Shown one piece after another: positions 38,290 through 52,907 of a DNA stretch of 64,000 nucleotides; position 1 is the stretch's first letter, and every line of letters starts with the position of its first letter. The stretch is from positions 94,169,992-94,233,991 of the forward strand of contig NC_068989.1 of NCBI RefSeq assembly GCF_001194135.2. The letters are read 5' to 3'. A program made the position numbers and the translations under genes. The DNA comes from Octopus bimaculoides (taxonomy: Eukaryota). The notes below the pieces were generated by a model. That model saw only the letters and a list, made by a program, of their open reading frames with translations, ran no database searches and was not told the origin of the DNA.

Positions 38290-38900
38290 AAAACACAACA
38301 GACGACAATAAAACATCCGGACAGATAGACCATACAAAGATGGACAAGAGAAACAATAAAATAAAAGACAGACAGAACAAACAACGACGGGTCATTCGCA
38401 GTCTTCTCTCATCAGTGAAGTTTCCAGATCATCCTTACAGTTTCAGCCGGTTACACTTTTAAATATGGGTGACCCAAAAAATCTAAGCTAAGAGCATTAA
38501 ATCTTTGGAGAGAAAGCAAGCGATTGTGTACGGCTACAGAGACAAAAAAAGCAGGGAATGTTACACAACTACAAATGCAAACAAGGTGTCTTTCGACCAA
38601 TAAAGACGAATGAAGTTGAGCTGGCGTGTGTAGAGTGAAAGCGTTGAGGCAGGAGCATAGTAGAGGAACATAAAAGATGAAATAAATGGGACAGGAATAT
38701 AAGAGATGATTCGCGGACGGCAGTCGAGCCAAAAAAGACCATGCTTGGTCGAACATTGATCACATGGAGGGAATGGAGACAGGTAGGGGGCAGAGGAATT
38801 GAAGAATAAGGGGAAGAACGAGAAAGAGGAAATCAAAAGGACATGGAGAACTGTACAAGGGAGATAAACGAGGAGGGAAAGTAGGGAGATTAATGAAAGA
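38290..38900 (-). mobile_element. PLE fragment: decayed endonuclease C-terminus plus tail ending at (TA)n
   Basis: Minus frame HSLHVINVRPSMVFFGSTAVRESSLIFL resembles the PLE EN end (HS..D..V...R..RE..LIF.L). Downstream are gaaac...ctgatgag motifs and then a microsatellite. Confidence 0.4.
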
Positions 38901-39049
38901 GAAAGCCAAGAGATGTGTGTGAGAGAGAGAGAGCAAAAAAAAGAGGAAAGAAAGAAGTATTAGGGGGAACGTATGTATGTATGTATGTATATATATTTAT
39001 CTCTGTGTGGGGGGTCTTTGTGTCTATGATTCTCATCTACACAAAGCAA

Positions 39050-39215
39050 CCAGTGTTGGTATGTTTACGTCCCAGAAACTTAGCAGTTGGACAAAACAGA
39101 TCGATAGAATAAGTACCAGGCTTACAAAAGTACTGGGTCGATTGGTTTGACTAAAATTTCTTTTGCTAGACGTTACCCCAGGATGGCCGCACTCTAAAGA
39201 CTAAAAAAAGTAAAC
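39050..39215 (+). mobile_element. SINE family 2, 3' half
   Basis: gcaaccagtgttggtatgtttacgtcccagaaacttagcagttgg...gatagaataagtaccaggcttacaaaag...ccccaggatggccgc. Confidence 0.75.
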
Positions 39216-39255
39216 GATAATAGATTTACGCATACAAATACACACATACATTCGT

Positions 39256-39308
<53 letters not shown>

Positions 39309-39677
39309 CATACATACATACATACACATGATGAGTGTGTGTCATTGCGATGCAGAGGAGAGCAATAATGGGTGTGTATTAGGAGGAGGAGGCGGCATTA
39401 AAGCCATAAAAAAGTGGGATGGTTCTATAAGTTTGGGGATTTGATCAAATCAAACTTAAATATGAAAACGGAAGGACTTTTCCTCGAAATTATGGAAAGT
39501 GAGATATAATACTTCCAGTACCATATTTGAAACGCATTGTCTCAGCAGACTCCGAAACGTTTATACAGAACTGTAATACCACTTCATATAATTAAACGAA
39601 TTGTTCACACACATACACGCGCGAACACATCTTCGTATGTATTCGTGTGTGCATACATACATACATATATATATATA

Positions 39678-39721
<44 letters not shown>

Positions 39722-39958
39722 TGTGTGTGCGTTGAAGACTTTCCTGATATAATTGTGATTTAGATCGTATGAACTTGCGTTGATTTTTATCGAATTTTTA
39801 TCAAAACTAACTCTAGCACAATGCGAATGTTCGAATCTGAATTGTCATTTCGACAGAATATATATAATTTGGTAACAATTCCTATGGATTTTCGCATAAA
39901 TCTCATACACTCACACATGCACAGACACACACACACACACACATATATATACATAAAT

Positions 39959-39996
<38 letters not shown>

Positions 39997-41375
39997 TGTG
40001 GTGTGGTGTAGTGTAGTGTAGTGTGGTGTGGTGTGGTGTGGTGTGGTGTGGTGTGTGTGTGTGTGTGGATACAAACGAAATGTTCGTTTTCGCTGTTTCC
40101 ATTATCATGCGTTATAGTTTAACAAATGATAAGCCAAAATGGATGCCAGCAGCAATAGATAATATACCGGCTGTAGACGGGAAGAGTGCATGTCATGTGA
40201 CTGAATATTCCATTAAATATATTGCCATAGAAGTTCTTTATTATCAACATTTAAAGAATTACGTCATTATTTCTATTCTACTAGACACAAGCATGAGCGT
40301 TCACGCAGGCACATATATTTGTATGCCTTTTCACACATACAGTGATACACAGAATTAGATAGCGAGATATTTATGGCTATATAATCAATTGAAGCGAAAT
40401 AAAATTGTATATCGGTATTTATATAGATATTTATGCGTAATAAATGAAAATGATTGGGTTACGTGATATATATCTATCAGTCTATTTCTCTTTTTCTCTG
40501 TCTTTGCGTGTTGGTGTGTGCGTGTGTTTGTGTATACACATGCACGAGTGTGTGTGTGTGTATACTTATGTGAACACATAAGCACACGCATATATGAATA
40601 TGTGCACGTGAAATTTCGAATATTTCAAATACGAAAAATTTTAATGTTTTTCAATATTACAGAATAGATCACCTATCACCCAAGCTCTTTCTCCCTTACA
40701 ATTTCTCTCCGTCTCTTCTACTCTCTCTCTCCCCCTCTCTCTCTTTCTCGCCCCCTCTCTCTCTTTCTCGCCCCCTCTCTTTCTCCCTCTTACATTTTAA
40801 ATATAATGGTAAACGGTGGAGCAGTTTATAGCTTACAGGTTTTTAGAAATTAAACAATTTCGAAATATTTTGTTTTCTATTTTATGTTCCATCTACTTCG
40901 TCCATATTCTATCATGAATGATTGTCGCAAAGACTTAAGAAATGATATTCGCCAACTTCACATATCACGCTCTTCTGACACTACAATACCACATACTGAA
41001 ATTAATCGGTTCCTCAATAGTGACAATTATTGATTCAATTCATGTATTTTACCTCTAGAATAACACGCAGTAATTTAATCTTGCTTTTATAAAGCCATGT
41101 CTGGCGAAATTTCATTAGACACTTCATAAATTTATGGAGATATAACAGTCGAATGTTACGATATGGAAAGAGACATTTCAGGAAGTAAAGGAGAAACAAT
41201 AGTTTTAAATAAACAAAGGCTTACATATGCTCACGGAGCTTCCTCTCAATGAGATTACATCTCCCGTTATAACTCCTGAAATACTTCTAAATATCTTAAT
41301 AGGAGAGGATTCCAGAAATACTTCATTAGTACATCACCAAAATGACAACATATNNNNNNNNNNATATATATATAT

Positions 41376-41530
41376 AGGGAGAATTCACAAAAAAGAAACA
41401 CAAGACGAAGACAGGTGGTGAAGAAAACAAACATGTATTAGTATAACGCACGGTGAGTGAAAAAGTCTTTAACGTTTTGAGCCTACGCTCTCCCACAGAA
41501 AGAAACCAGGAGAGAAACACGGAAAGAAAC
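41376..41530 (-). mobile_element. PLE-type 3' tail, family B
   Basis: Minus strand tcttt ctgtggg a gagc gtag gctc aaaac gtt aaaga (41466-41502). The 3' end gtgaattctccc abuts (TA)n. Confidence 0.65.
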
Positions 41531-42748
41531 AAAAGAATGTGTCGTGGGTAACGGGACGTTCACATAATGATGACTTTTTGAAGACAGGGGCAGCAATAAC
41601 TTAAGTATCCAATGGGTGTCGGATTGGAAACATATACGTACATAAAAGATAGACAGACGCAGACAAATACCTAGATAGGCACACACATAAATAGATAGAT
41701 AGACAGATAGTGGACAGGTAATCAGACAATCAAACAGATAGATAGATAGATGTTATTTAATGCTTATGTTTTACAGTGAATTCTCAGCATGAGTCATCAT
41801 TATGTGTGTATATATGTGTGTGTGGTTACTGTTATTAGCTGACGAAGCCGTCATTTGAAGCAAAATCGTGAGCATAATTAGTTTCTAATGACAGTGCATA
41901 TTATTCCCTTCATAATAATATCAGAATTGACGGATTAAAATTATATCAGAAACAACTTTTAGAACACAGTTAAGAGTTAGCTATAAGTGCTTTTAGAACG
42001 CTGTGCTTACAATCATAATTGACAGAAAATATATATTTCGATATAGCTGTAAACACGATATTTAGTATTCTGTTTAATGAAGAGATACAACTTTGCAGTC
42101 AAAGAGTAGTTTAATCATGGAAAATGTTCTTTTTCAGATATGTTATAACCTCGTTAATTGCTAAATCGCTATTTATCACTCTTGTAGGTTTGAATATTGA
42201 TTACATACTTTTAGTGAATAATTTATTAAATTAAACTTCTAGATAAACAGACATTTGGTTCACACTTTGTTGAGACATGCAATTATAGCATCTATCATAA
42301 ATATGAATAAAGAAAGAAGCAATATTATGCATATATTTTCTACATCAGTCTATTACCTTATGGTAATAATATTGAAAGTCATATTCCAGTCATGCATTGC
42401 TAATGGCATACTAAATAAGAAGCATTGATTAAATTGAAAAACTGCAGAACAAAGTATTCTTTCATAGTGACATTTAATATAAAACCTCGTAAAGCATAAA
42501 TAGACTGAACCTTACATAGGAATATTACTCAATATACATATACATTCTAATTTAGAAAAACGCAGATACGCGTTTGCATATCGGAAATCAGTTATATACT
42601 CCAGACTAGTGATACTAATTTCGTTTCAAAGTGTGGCTGAGCACACCATTGATAGACCACCGTACAGATGGAAGACTGTGTGACACTTACATTATCGCCC
42701 CTCTAAGGCGATTTCCTTTCGTTTAGCTCTGAACTAAATTGTGCTAAG

Positions 42749-42846
42749 GCGGCAAGATGGCAAAAAACGTTAGCACGCCGGGCGAAATTCTTAACGGTAT
42801 TTCGTCTGTCTTTACAGTCCGACATCAAATTCCGCAGAGGTCGACT
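42749..42846 (+). mobile_element. CORE-type SINE 5' part
   Basis: aaggcggcaagatggcaaaaaacgttagcacgccgggcgaaattcttaacggtatttcgtctgtctttac. Confidence 0.75.
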
Positions 42847-42849
42847 TCA

Positions 42850-43925
42850 CACACGGCCAACGACAGAAGAGTGTATCCGGATTTAACTGTCGCGACCCAG
42901 ATTCCTGCCCGCTTGACAAACGGTGCAAGACTGAAGCTATTTTGTACAGGACAGAAGTTAATACAACCCCTAACATCAATAATCTAACCGATAAAAAGAC
43001 TTACATCGGGTTATGTGAAGGAGTTTTCAAAAAGTACTATGCAAACCATTTATCAACCTTCCGTCATAGTGAGGAAAGTAAAACCACGAAGTTGGCTAGC
43101 TACGTTTGGGAACTGAAAGGAAAAAAAAATTACAATACGTAATTAAATGGAAGGGGATTGAAAATGGTTCAAATAAATGTAAGCTTTGTTTGGCTGAAAG
43201 GGTACAGATTTTGTTAAGGTCTAAGATCCCCAACGTCATATTGAGCTCAAGATCAGAAATTTTCAGCAGATGCACGCATAAGTATAAATAACTCTTTAAA
43301 AACTAGAAGATTCCAAGCATTCCTGACTGACTGGGGGTGACGCTTATACTTTTTCTCCTTTGATCATGTCACTTTATATTTATATTAAGGTTTATCATTT
43401 ATTTATGTTTATTCATTATGTTTCATATTTTTTCATGCATACTTTTTCCATATTTTTCATATACTTTATACATTTTTGGATATTTCATATTTGTACATAC
43501 CTTTATAAAAAAATTTATGATTTCTTTTATTCTTATATTTCTTAATTTATTTACAATTCATATTATATCGCACGATTATATTCTTATATTACATCCATCC
43601 ACATTACTTACATCATTCTCTTGGTTTTACATTTAAGGTTTCGGCTTGTTATTTAACGTCACTTTACATTAGCAGTTCGCTTTACTGTTATCTTCCACAC
43701 GATCCGTTTGGCTTTTCACGTTTTTTTTTTTTATATTCAGTCGTTTATTCAAACTGTTTAGTTCGGTAGAATAGGCCATAGCCTGAAGAACGTACTTGGA
43801 TTTCCATGTACGTGGATCTATTACTAGCATGGTTTATGCATGTGAGGTGATCGTACAAAACAATATTTTTATTCTCGCCAGATGGAGTACTATTTTTGTT
43901 GAACCTTATTACACAGTTCAATTCA
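42850..43925 (+). mobile_element. Penelope-like element 3' remnant: Cys-rich linker, GIY-YIG endonuclease pseudogene and 3' tail
   Basis: Frame from 42879: GFNCRDPDSCPLDKRCKTEAILYRTEV...KTYIGLCEGVFKKYYANHLSTFRH...TKLASYVWELK; after a frameshift IKWKGIENGSNKCKLCLAERVQIL...ILSSRSEIFSRCTHKYK* (to 43291). An AT-rich tail with ctgaaga/gtac motifs ends at (TA)/(TG)n. Confidence 0.85.
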
Positions 43926-43944
43926 TTATATATATATTTATATA

Positions 43945-44017
<73 letters not shown>

Positions 44018-44024
44018 ATGTATG

Positions 44025-44057
<33 letters not shown>

Positions 44058-44128
44058 ATGTGTATATATATATATATATGTGTGTGTATGTATATATATA
44101 TATATATATGTGTGTGTGTATGTATGTG

Positions 44129-44159
<31 letters not shown>

Positions 44160-44162
44160 ATG

Positions 44163-44236
<74 letters not shown>

Positions 44237-44971
44237 ACGGGTTACTCTCAGCAAATTAGGGTAAAGTGATTTCAAAAAGGCTTCAGGTTTCTTCATTATT
44301 TCCTGAAGTGAAAATAAACTCACAAGTTCTTTTGTACACATGACACACGCACACTTATACGTATGGCTCAATCACGCACTCGTAGCAGAAGATAAATATA
44401 CACTCATAACTTGATATGAAGTATAACCAAATCAAAAGCAACGTTATTGCACTCAAAAGTTTTAACCGAATGCAAGAAAATTTACTTTCAGCAAAAATGC
44501 AGATCCCTGCATCAATCCTTTATAATATTATGATTATTTTTATGGAATCAATAACTATTTTATCTTAGTTCTAAATAGAATGAAGCAACACAACATGCAA
44601 AGTCACTTGTCAGCCGCATAAAATATCCATGTATTCTCTCCTGGAATTTTGGACTTTATATTTGACATTGATAAATATAGTTATACATATATATAAAACA
44701 CATCTGTGAATCATATTTCTCTCGCATTATATCATGCCGTTATATTATTCAACATAAAATTATATAATCAAACGCTTTACTAATAGTTATTCCTTGATAG
44801 TGAGGTTAAAAACTAATCTTTACAGATATTGCAATAAGTGTATTTTATTTTATAGCAGATTACACGGTAGCAAAAAATCATTATATGTATTTTTCACTTA
44901 TAGGTGTTTTTTACGAATCTTTCCTTATATTTTTGTACGTTGATTTCATATATTTCAGTTATGTTTTACAG

Positions 44972-45092
44972 ATTCAGTGGATATACGGGTATACTATCAG
45001 TTGAACGTGTACGGAATCATGCTGAAAGCCACAAAATTGATATAGATATATATTCAACAGAAGATAGTAAAATAAATGATAAAAATTTGTAA
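44972..45092 (+). CDS. candidate exon or decayed coding fragment, product unknown
   Basis: Acceptor atatttcagttatgttttacag, then FSGYTGILSVERVRNHAESHKIDIDIYSTEDSKINDKNL*. The same frame stays open for 36 more codons after the stop. Confidence 0.2.
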
Positions 45093-46586
45093 TGGGGAAA
45101 AAATAAAAACCTTGTGAAAAACTTGATGGAATTGAATACTGATAAGTATCGATTTGCTGTGGGAAATAAAGTTAACGGTTCTCTGTTGAAATACTGGAAA
45201 TAAGTTTCTTGGCCAATATATTTTATTGCTTTCGATATTGCCTGAAATTTTTTTCTGAATCTATAACTATATATTACTGCGAGAGATGTTCACGTGACAT
45301 ATGGAACTTAAAAAGGTATTGAAGACGTTAAAGAAACATTGTCAGTAGTTGTAAGCGAGTAGGGTTTACAGGGAGACAAAAGAATGCATAAGGAGACATA
45401 TATACATGGGTGTGTGTGTGTGTGCGAGAGTGTGTTGTGTGTGGGAGTCTCTATTCGTGTAAGCATTGGATACCTGTAACTATTTCTATCTTCATATGTG
45501 TATGTGCGCCTGTGTGTTTGTGTGAGTGCGTGCGCATGTGTGTATTTTTTAAAACAAAACCGTTATTCACAGTAACTTTGAAGTTTCGGCCAGCTAAGCC
45601 ATTGTAGGACAACCATTCGACGACGGCTTATTCTGCTTTAAGAACTTTAAGAATAATAAATTTGTATTCAACAAAAGTATAGAGCAACCCATTAAATACA
45701 CACACACATATATATATATAAATATAGAAATATATATATATATATATATATANNNNNNNNNNNNNNNNNNNNNNNNNNNNNNNNNNNNNNNNNNNNNNNN
45801 NNNNNNNNNNNNNNNNNNNNNNNNNNNNNNNNNNNNNNNNNNNNNNNNNNNNNNNNNNNNNNNNNNNNNNNNNNNNNNNNNNNNNNNNNNNNNNNNNNNN
45901 NNNNNNNNNNNNNNNNNNNNNNNNNNNNNNNNNNNNNNNNNNNNNNNNNNNNNNNNNNNNNNNNNNNNNNNNNNNNNNNNNNNNNNNNNNNNNNNNNNNN
46001 NNNNNNNNNNNNNNNNNNNNNNNNNNNNNNNNNNNNNNNNNNNNNNNNNNNNNNNNNNNNNNNNNNNNNNNNNNNNNNNNNNNNNNNNNNNNNNNNNNNN
46101 NNNNNNNNNNNNNNNNNNNNNNNNNNNNNNNNNNNNNNNNNNNNNNNNNNNNNNNNNNNNNNNNNNNNNNNNNNNNNNNNNNNNNNNNNNNNNNNNNNNN
46201 NNNNNNNNNNNNNNNNNNNNNNNNNNNNNNNNNNNNNNNNNNNNNNNNNNNNNNNNNNNNNNNNNNNNNNNNNNNNNNNNNNNNNNNNNNNNNNNNNNNN
46301 NNNNNNNNNNNNNNNNNNNNNNNNNNNNNNNNNNNNNNNNNNNNNNNNNNNNNNNNNNNNNNNNNNNNNNNNNNNNNNNNNNNNNNNNNNNNNNNNNNNN
46401 NNNNNNNNNNNNNNNNNNNNNNNNNNNNNNNNNNNNNNNNNNNNNNNNNNNNNNNNNNNNNNNNNNNNNNNNNNNNNNNNNNNNNNNNNNNNNNNNNNNN
46501 NNNNNNNNNNNNNNNNNNNNNNNNNNNNNNNNNNNNNNNNNNNNNNNNNNNNNNNNNNNNNNNNNNNNNNNNNNNNNNNNNNNNNN

Positions 46587-46635
<49 letters not shown>

Positions 46636-46833
46636 CATATATATACATATATATATATAAATACATATATATATATATATAAATACATATATATGTGTGT
46701 GTTCATATATATATATGTATATATATGTGTCTATGTATGTATATATATATCTGTCTATATATATATATATATCTATATATGTATGTGTGTGTGTGTGTGT
46801 GTGTGTATGTGTGTGTGTGTGTCTATATATGTG

Positions 46834-46866
<33 letters not shown>

Positions 46867-47550
46867 CCGTGTGTGTGTATGTATATACCGCAGTAAGCAC
46901 ATAAATGTGGAAAAAAGTCAAAAGGTGATATTCATCAGCTTTTAGACGTTATATTTTGTCTATTTAGTTTTTTAAAAAACAATTATAACAATATATACAT
47001 GTATATCAGATTATGCTTTACATATATAAAAATACCAGAAATTATTAAAATATATAACATAGAACATAGAAAGTAGAAAGTAAAATAGTTTCTTATAGCT
47101 GTTTCAGCTAAGAGGTCACGGTACACAACTTCCATATTTTCAGTGAACTGAAGTATTTGGTACATAAAATTAAGGTACTTGGGTGTGCCTCTGGTCTTCG
47201 TCAGAGTTTAGAAAATTCATAAGGTTAAGTTATAAATACATACATATATACACATTTTTACATATGCATATATATACATAAATATACATAAATACATATT
47301 CATACATTTATATGCATACAACGGAATCAATTATTATTATTAGGTTATGATATTATTATTAGATAGAGTATAAAAAGATTCCATTATTATTTCTCTTGAT
47401 AATTTTCGCTTTCCTCTGTTTATACACCATATATAAATTTGGAACACTGGAAATATAAACAATGAGAACGATCCTTAAGTAATCTAATCAATGACCTTTT
47501 GGGGTGACGTCTTATGCTATATTGGTAACGATTACAAACTTTACTGGACA

Positions 47551-47593
<43 letters not shown>

Positions 47594-49639
47594 AACTACC
47601 TTTTTTCACTATAGGTACATGTGTGCTCATCTATATGAATGTGAGACGAGAGATTCAAAGATGGAACGCATTTATAGGTAAACAGCCGAGTTGGTAGATA
47701 GTAACAGTGGAAGAGCGAGTATTCTGAGAGAAGGCATCAAGATTAGCGTCGTTAGACATTAACATATTACTGTACAAGTCTATATCGTGAGTTACGTACC
47801 ATCTCTACCCCCAACTTATTCGCTGCTCTCACAATCTACAGTATTCTCAAAATCTAGTAAATTGACTTTTATAGTTGAACTGAAGACATCGAAATGGCGA
47901 CTGTCATCAACCTTGTTTTCATTCCCTTAAAAATCACACAACCTGAAAAGGGCACGTTGCTGTATTGGAGAATCACCCTGTGTCCAATATGGGTTATGTT
48001 GAACTCGTGACTAGGAAAAGTAGAAAACATGGAAAGAGGCATCTAAGAAACTATACAAGGATTCTCGGACCATTATTAGTAATCTACTATAACTGACAAT
48101 CGTGGGGACCAGTAATGTGGCCGGCAGATAAAACATTGTAAAAGGCAGAATACCACCCTTGCAAATGTCTTTTATTGTCGACCCAACAAAGCGTTGTTGT
48201 TGCGATTCTGTAAACTGAAGTTTTGTAGGGTTTTACTGAAGGTATATTTATGTACCCTTATCGTATTGTTATACTTTGGCCCAGTTTGACATCTGAATTA
48301 TGTTACAAGCATTCACTCTCATTCTTCGGCCTGAGTATTGCCCGCCTCCTAACAAAAAGTCTTAGGTGCTGTGCGTCTCTCATTCCAGAATCGGTCATAT
48401 TTTGAGTAAGATGTTAAAGGAATAGTTCAGAAATAGTTTAATCATATTTAATCATTTTTGTTTTCGAAATTTAACTAAGTTTTAAGTTTGTAATTTGAAT
48501 ATTTTTATTAAGCCAAACAAATTGAAACAGAAAGCTATTGATTGCGAAACATTTCCACTTCAGACGCATATATATTTAATCACACACAAATTTGTATTCC
48601 TAACCTGTTTCATTTCTTTAGCAAATTTCACATTCCCGATACTGATCAGTTTGCTTTTGTGGGTGGTTGGGGAGAACTCGTTAAAATAAAATTTCTAACC
48701 ATTTTCTCATTAGTACACATAGACAGCTTTTAATTTAACTCATGGAAATTATTATAGGACAGATAATTGATTAATTAAATCTAGCAGATATAACTGATCT
48801 TTTCTGCTTTGTTAGCGCCATTGCTCTTTACCCAACATAATAGAAGTTTATTATTGCAATTCATTCGTATGTTTCTATATCTTTTGTATTGATAGAAATT
48901 AAAAACAGTGAAAATGTTTTATAGTCATTGACGGCCATAGTGATATTTTTCGTGTGTGAGTCAACAAAGTTTTCTATTACTGTAAATAAATCAGCTTCTT
49001 TTGTTCAAATTGCTATAGCTTAAACTAATGGCGCATTCATTCAGGCCGTTATTCATTTATCCGCTACTAATATATGGCCAGATCCACATCGTAATAATAT
49101 TTCTATCGATTATATTATACATACATACATACATACATATACATACATATATATATAAATGTGTTTGTGTGCGTATTTATGTATATTTCAGATCTCCCAG
49201 ATCTCAAGGTTTTATATACAAAACTATCCAAATAGTTCTCATTCAACGTTTTAGTACAAAGTTACAAGTGAGAGTGTTGTAAAATTCTATGTTTCGTTTG
49301 TTTAATAACAGGAAAATGACAAAATTTATTACACGCCATTTTTGTATTGCTGACCATTGTCGTATAATTTTACTACAGTCTTCGAAACGTAACTCGAAAT
49401 GTTATGCCTTTATTTTGTGAAAGCATCTACATACGTGTAGACTCAAACAAAAGCAACACAAAATAGAGACAAATAGCCTGCTTTTTGCTCAACTGTTACA
49501 ACAATAACAACTGCTGCTACTACTAGGACTACCACTATTACTACTGCTTCACCTCCTCCTCCACCACCTCCCCCTACTAATATTCAAATTTGCTCTACCC
49601 AGACACTCACTCCCTGAAACCTTCAGTCCTCTGACCCGC

Positions 49640-50014
49640 GTTGTGTTCTTCGAAATTTTTACCCTTGTGTAACCCTTAAAATAAATTACATGTCTCAAGG
49701 AACCCCTGCACAAAAAAAAAATTATATACCATATCTTATATTTTTTCATCGTAGTTCGCGTGGTAAATATCAGATAGATAGATAGAAATAGGGTAGCCAT
49801 AAATAAGATATCCCTAAACGTATCCCCAATGGTTGTTATATTTTTTTGATAACATAATAGGCTAGATAGGGTGATGTCTATATTACAATATTACGATAAC
49901 CAATAAAATGTTGTGCATGTATAGTAATATTACGATCATGGAATTAGCATATCTCACGCTTTCTCACGAAACCCCTAGGAATCTTTTTTCGGAACCCCGG
50001 TTGAGAAACGTTGT
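49640..50014. mobile_element. decayed hAT-like MITE
   Basis: Repeated gaacccct/gaaacccct subterminal motifs and the terminus ggaaccccggttgagaaacgttg, resembling the complement of a CAGTGTTTCTCAAC-type hAT TIR. Confidence 0.35.
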
Positions 50015-52045
50015 CGTACAGTATGGAGGGATGATATAATAATATACATAACCTGTATAGTAGATGTATAGATAGGCCAATTTATCTATTTCTAAACTGA
50101 CGAACAACAGCCTTATTCGATTATCGAACCTTATGGGCTGCTCATCAGAGGTGTCTAGAAATTGACTTAAATAAACAACCCCATCTTTTAGGTCAGCGAA
50201 CGTTAATATTTATTTAGTAATTCAGTGATTTTGTTCTTTGTAAAGTACAGTATATTTTTGATATTGTCAAATAAAAGCTGTACTATTAGAAAATACAATC
50301 CCCAATTTAAAAAGATGATTTAAATCATATCATAATCATAATAGTCGAAGAGAATTTAATTTCAGTTATTTCACATTGTAAGTTCACCTTCAACAACAAT
50401 GCTAAAATTTGTAGCAAAACGACAAAGAGAAATACAAGAATTGATGACAAATGTTTTCGTCACATGATAGGAGAAATAAAAAAAAGATGACATAGAAAGT
50501 TTTTAAGTGACGAATTGTCACACTTTATGTTTATAGAAACATAGACAGAGAAACAGGCAGCTACGTGAGTACGTTGTTCTAATCATATGAGCAGAGAGTC
50601 AGACATAGAAGAAAAGTGCATAGTAAGTAACCTGCAAAGGTAAATAGCTATTAATCTAGTGTTATTTTACTTATTAGTGAATAAATATAATTTCCGAAAC
50701 AAAAGCACATGTTGAAAATTGGCCACGGAAACGTCACGAACACGTTATTGAACTGTTATACTAAAATCAATAAAATGATTGGACATGTAACACAACCAGC
50801 CATGATGATAACTTCCAAAATCGAGAGAAACATCTTTAAAAACGTGAGCTTAGCGCATTGTTAAAATCCGGTCCATTCAATGCATGAATGTGCTAAAATC
50901 ACCTCCCCAAATGTTGCTACTACTACTACTACTACTACTACTCCTGCTGCTGCTCGTTATTGAGATCTCTGACAAAATGCAGTACTTTTACCAATTCTTT
51001 CACATTCTTCTCCGCTTACCGCCTCAAGCCATATACGCTTACTTAGAGATGGAACGGCGAAATACTTCGAATATTTCACCAGCGTACAACAGGCAAAGAT
51101 TATTTTGAAAGATAGATGAAAATAAATAAAGCTGTCTCAAAAGAATCCTAAGCAGCACCTATATATTAGTACTTAGAAAAAGCAGTGAAATTTTCACAAC
51201 GAAAAATAATTCTTTAAAACCTACACAGGAGAAGCCTCTGAAGAAAAACGTAAATAAGTAACCCCAACAAAATAGAGACACTGGTGACGACATTTATGAG
51301 TGCAGTGTATGTAATTATTGACGTCATCGTGTGTTTATGTTTAGTTGAGTATATATATATATGTGCGTGCGCGCGTGCGTGCGTGCGTGTGTGTATTCAT
51401 ACTCACACAAAGATGCACACACGTATAACACAATCCTATGTGTATAAATGGACATGTATGAACGTGTGTGTGAGTGCGCTCGCTCATACTCTTAATGCAT
51501 ATGTGAATTAGAGCAAAACTACAAACTTGAGATAGATTTACCTCCTCATTACACTAGACATATACTGATAAGAAGAAGAGACATGACACCAGCGTAAATA
51601 ATAGTGACAATTGTCTCATAAAAAAGACTGGGTGAACACTTTCTAGGAACAGAAAATCTTTTTATGAAAACAAAATCCGTTACTGTATGTTTTCTCTTGA
51701 TATTGTATTTAAAAATTATTTTTCTCTAGAAATATTATTTTGTGAAAATATTAACCAGCATATACCTTTATTAAAACGAAAAGAACTTACACAAGCCAAA
51801 TATCATACCTCTTGTATGGGCAAAGGGAAATGAAGCGTTTTGCTCAAGAACACAACGCGTCACCCGGTCCAGGAATCGAAACCACAATCTTATGATCTTG
51901 ATGCTGACGCCCTAACCACTAAGCCACGCGCTTCAACACACACACACACACACACACGCACAAACACATACACACACACACAAACACACACATATNNNNN
52001 NNNNNACACACGCACAAACACATACACACACACACAAACACACAC

Positions 52046-52093
<48 letters not shown>

Positions 52094-52482
52094 ACCACGC
52101 ACACAAGCACATGTATGTATATAGCTATCTCGCTATGTTTGCATGTGCATATATGCGTGCGTGTGTATACCTGTATTGAAGCTTATATAAATATACAATG
52201 TTACAGACCAGACCGATATTTAACTGAATGTTTTCTTTCGTTCAGAAAGTTAAATTTAACAAAAGTTATAAATGATAGTTAAAAATGAAAAATATCTTCC
52301 CGTTTCTCTGATAGGTTTGTTAATATAATACCAATTAACTTCTCAACTTTTGGCTACCATCTTTAAACTAACATGTGAAAAATGGCAAGAACTATTGATG
52401 AAATATTTAAATAATTACATGAGGTTAGACTGTTTATGACAGATAAAAGTAGAATCCATAAAATGGAGAAACTATACTGCTT

Positions 52483-52537
<55 letters not shown>

Positions 52538-52818
52538 TTATACATGTGTTTGTGTCTGCGTGTGGTGCATATATATATATATATGAATAAATATGTATTT
52601 ATGTATTGCACGTATATACAGATAATTTCCTGAAGCATAGAGAAAAATTTTCGCATGTGTAATATTGTGCAAATGGATGATAAACTGACTGTTGTTCGCT
52701 CTTTAGGTGACCTACAATTTTTTAATGAATGCAATTTCCCTTTAACAGGAATGGAAGGTCAAACAGCCTGAAAATTATTTCAATCTCAGAGGATAATGTA
52801 TATCTCGACTGAACTTAC

Positions 52819-52907
52819 GTAATGTTTCGCAAATAATATATTGTCCCACTGGGGCAAAGTTCCATAATAGACTGCATGAGCAGAGATCATATTTTCCACT
52901 TCATAAT
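52819..52907 (-). CDS. candidate internal exon, product unknown
   Basis: Minus strand: branch-like ctaac, tract tctcctttattctt, AG acceptor, donor TAC|gtaagt. Only one of three frames is open: YEVENMISAHAVYYGTLPQWDNILFAKHY. Confidence 0.4.

Noticed and set aside
45594-46902. Longest ORFs in the track (324-424 aa); likewise 17157-18071 and 31031-31855
   Set aside because: Open only because they run through N-gaps.
47940-48130. GC-richer segment with an HPVSN...HGKR peptide, faintly like an RTE-X 3' end
   Set aside because: Too few matching residues to support by eye.
51930-52085. Direct repeat of a compound CA tract on both sides of a 10-N gap (also around 8763-8772)
   Set aside because: Most likely overlapping contig ends, an assembly artefact.
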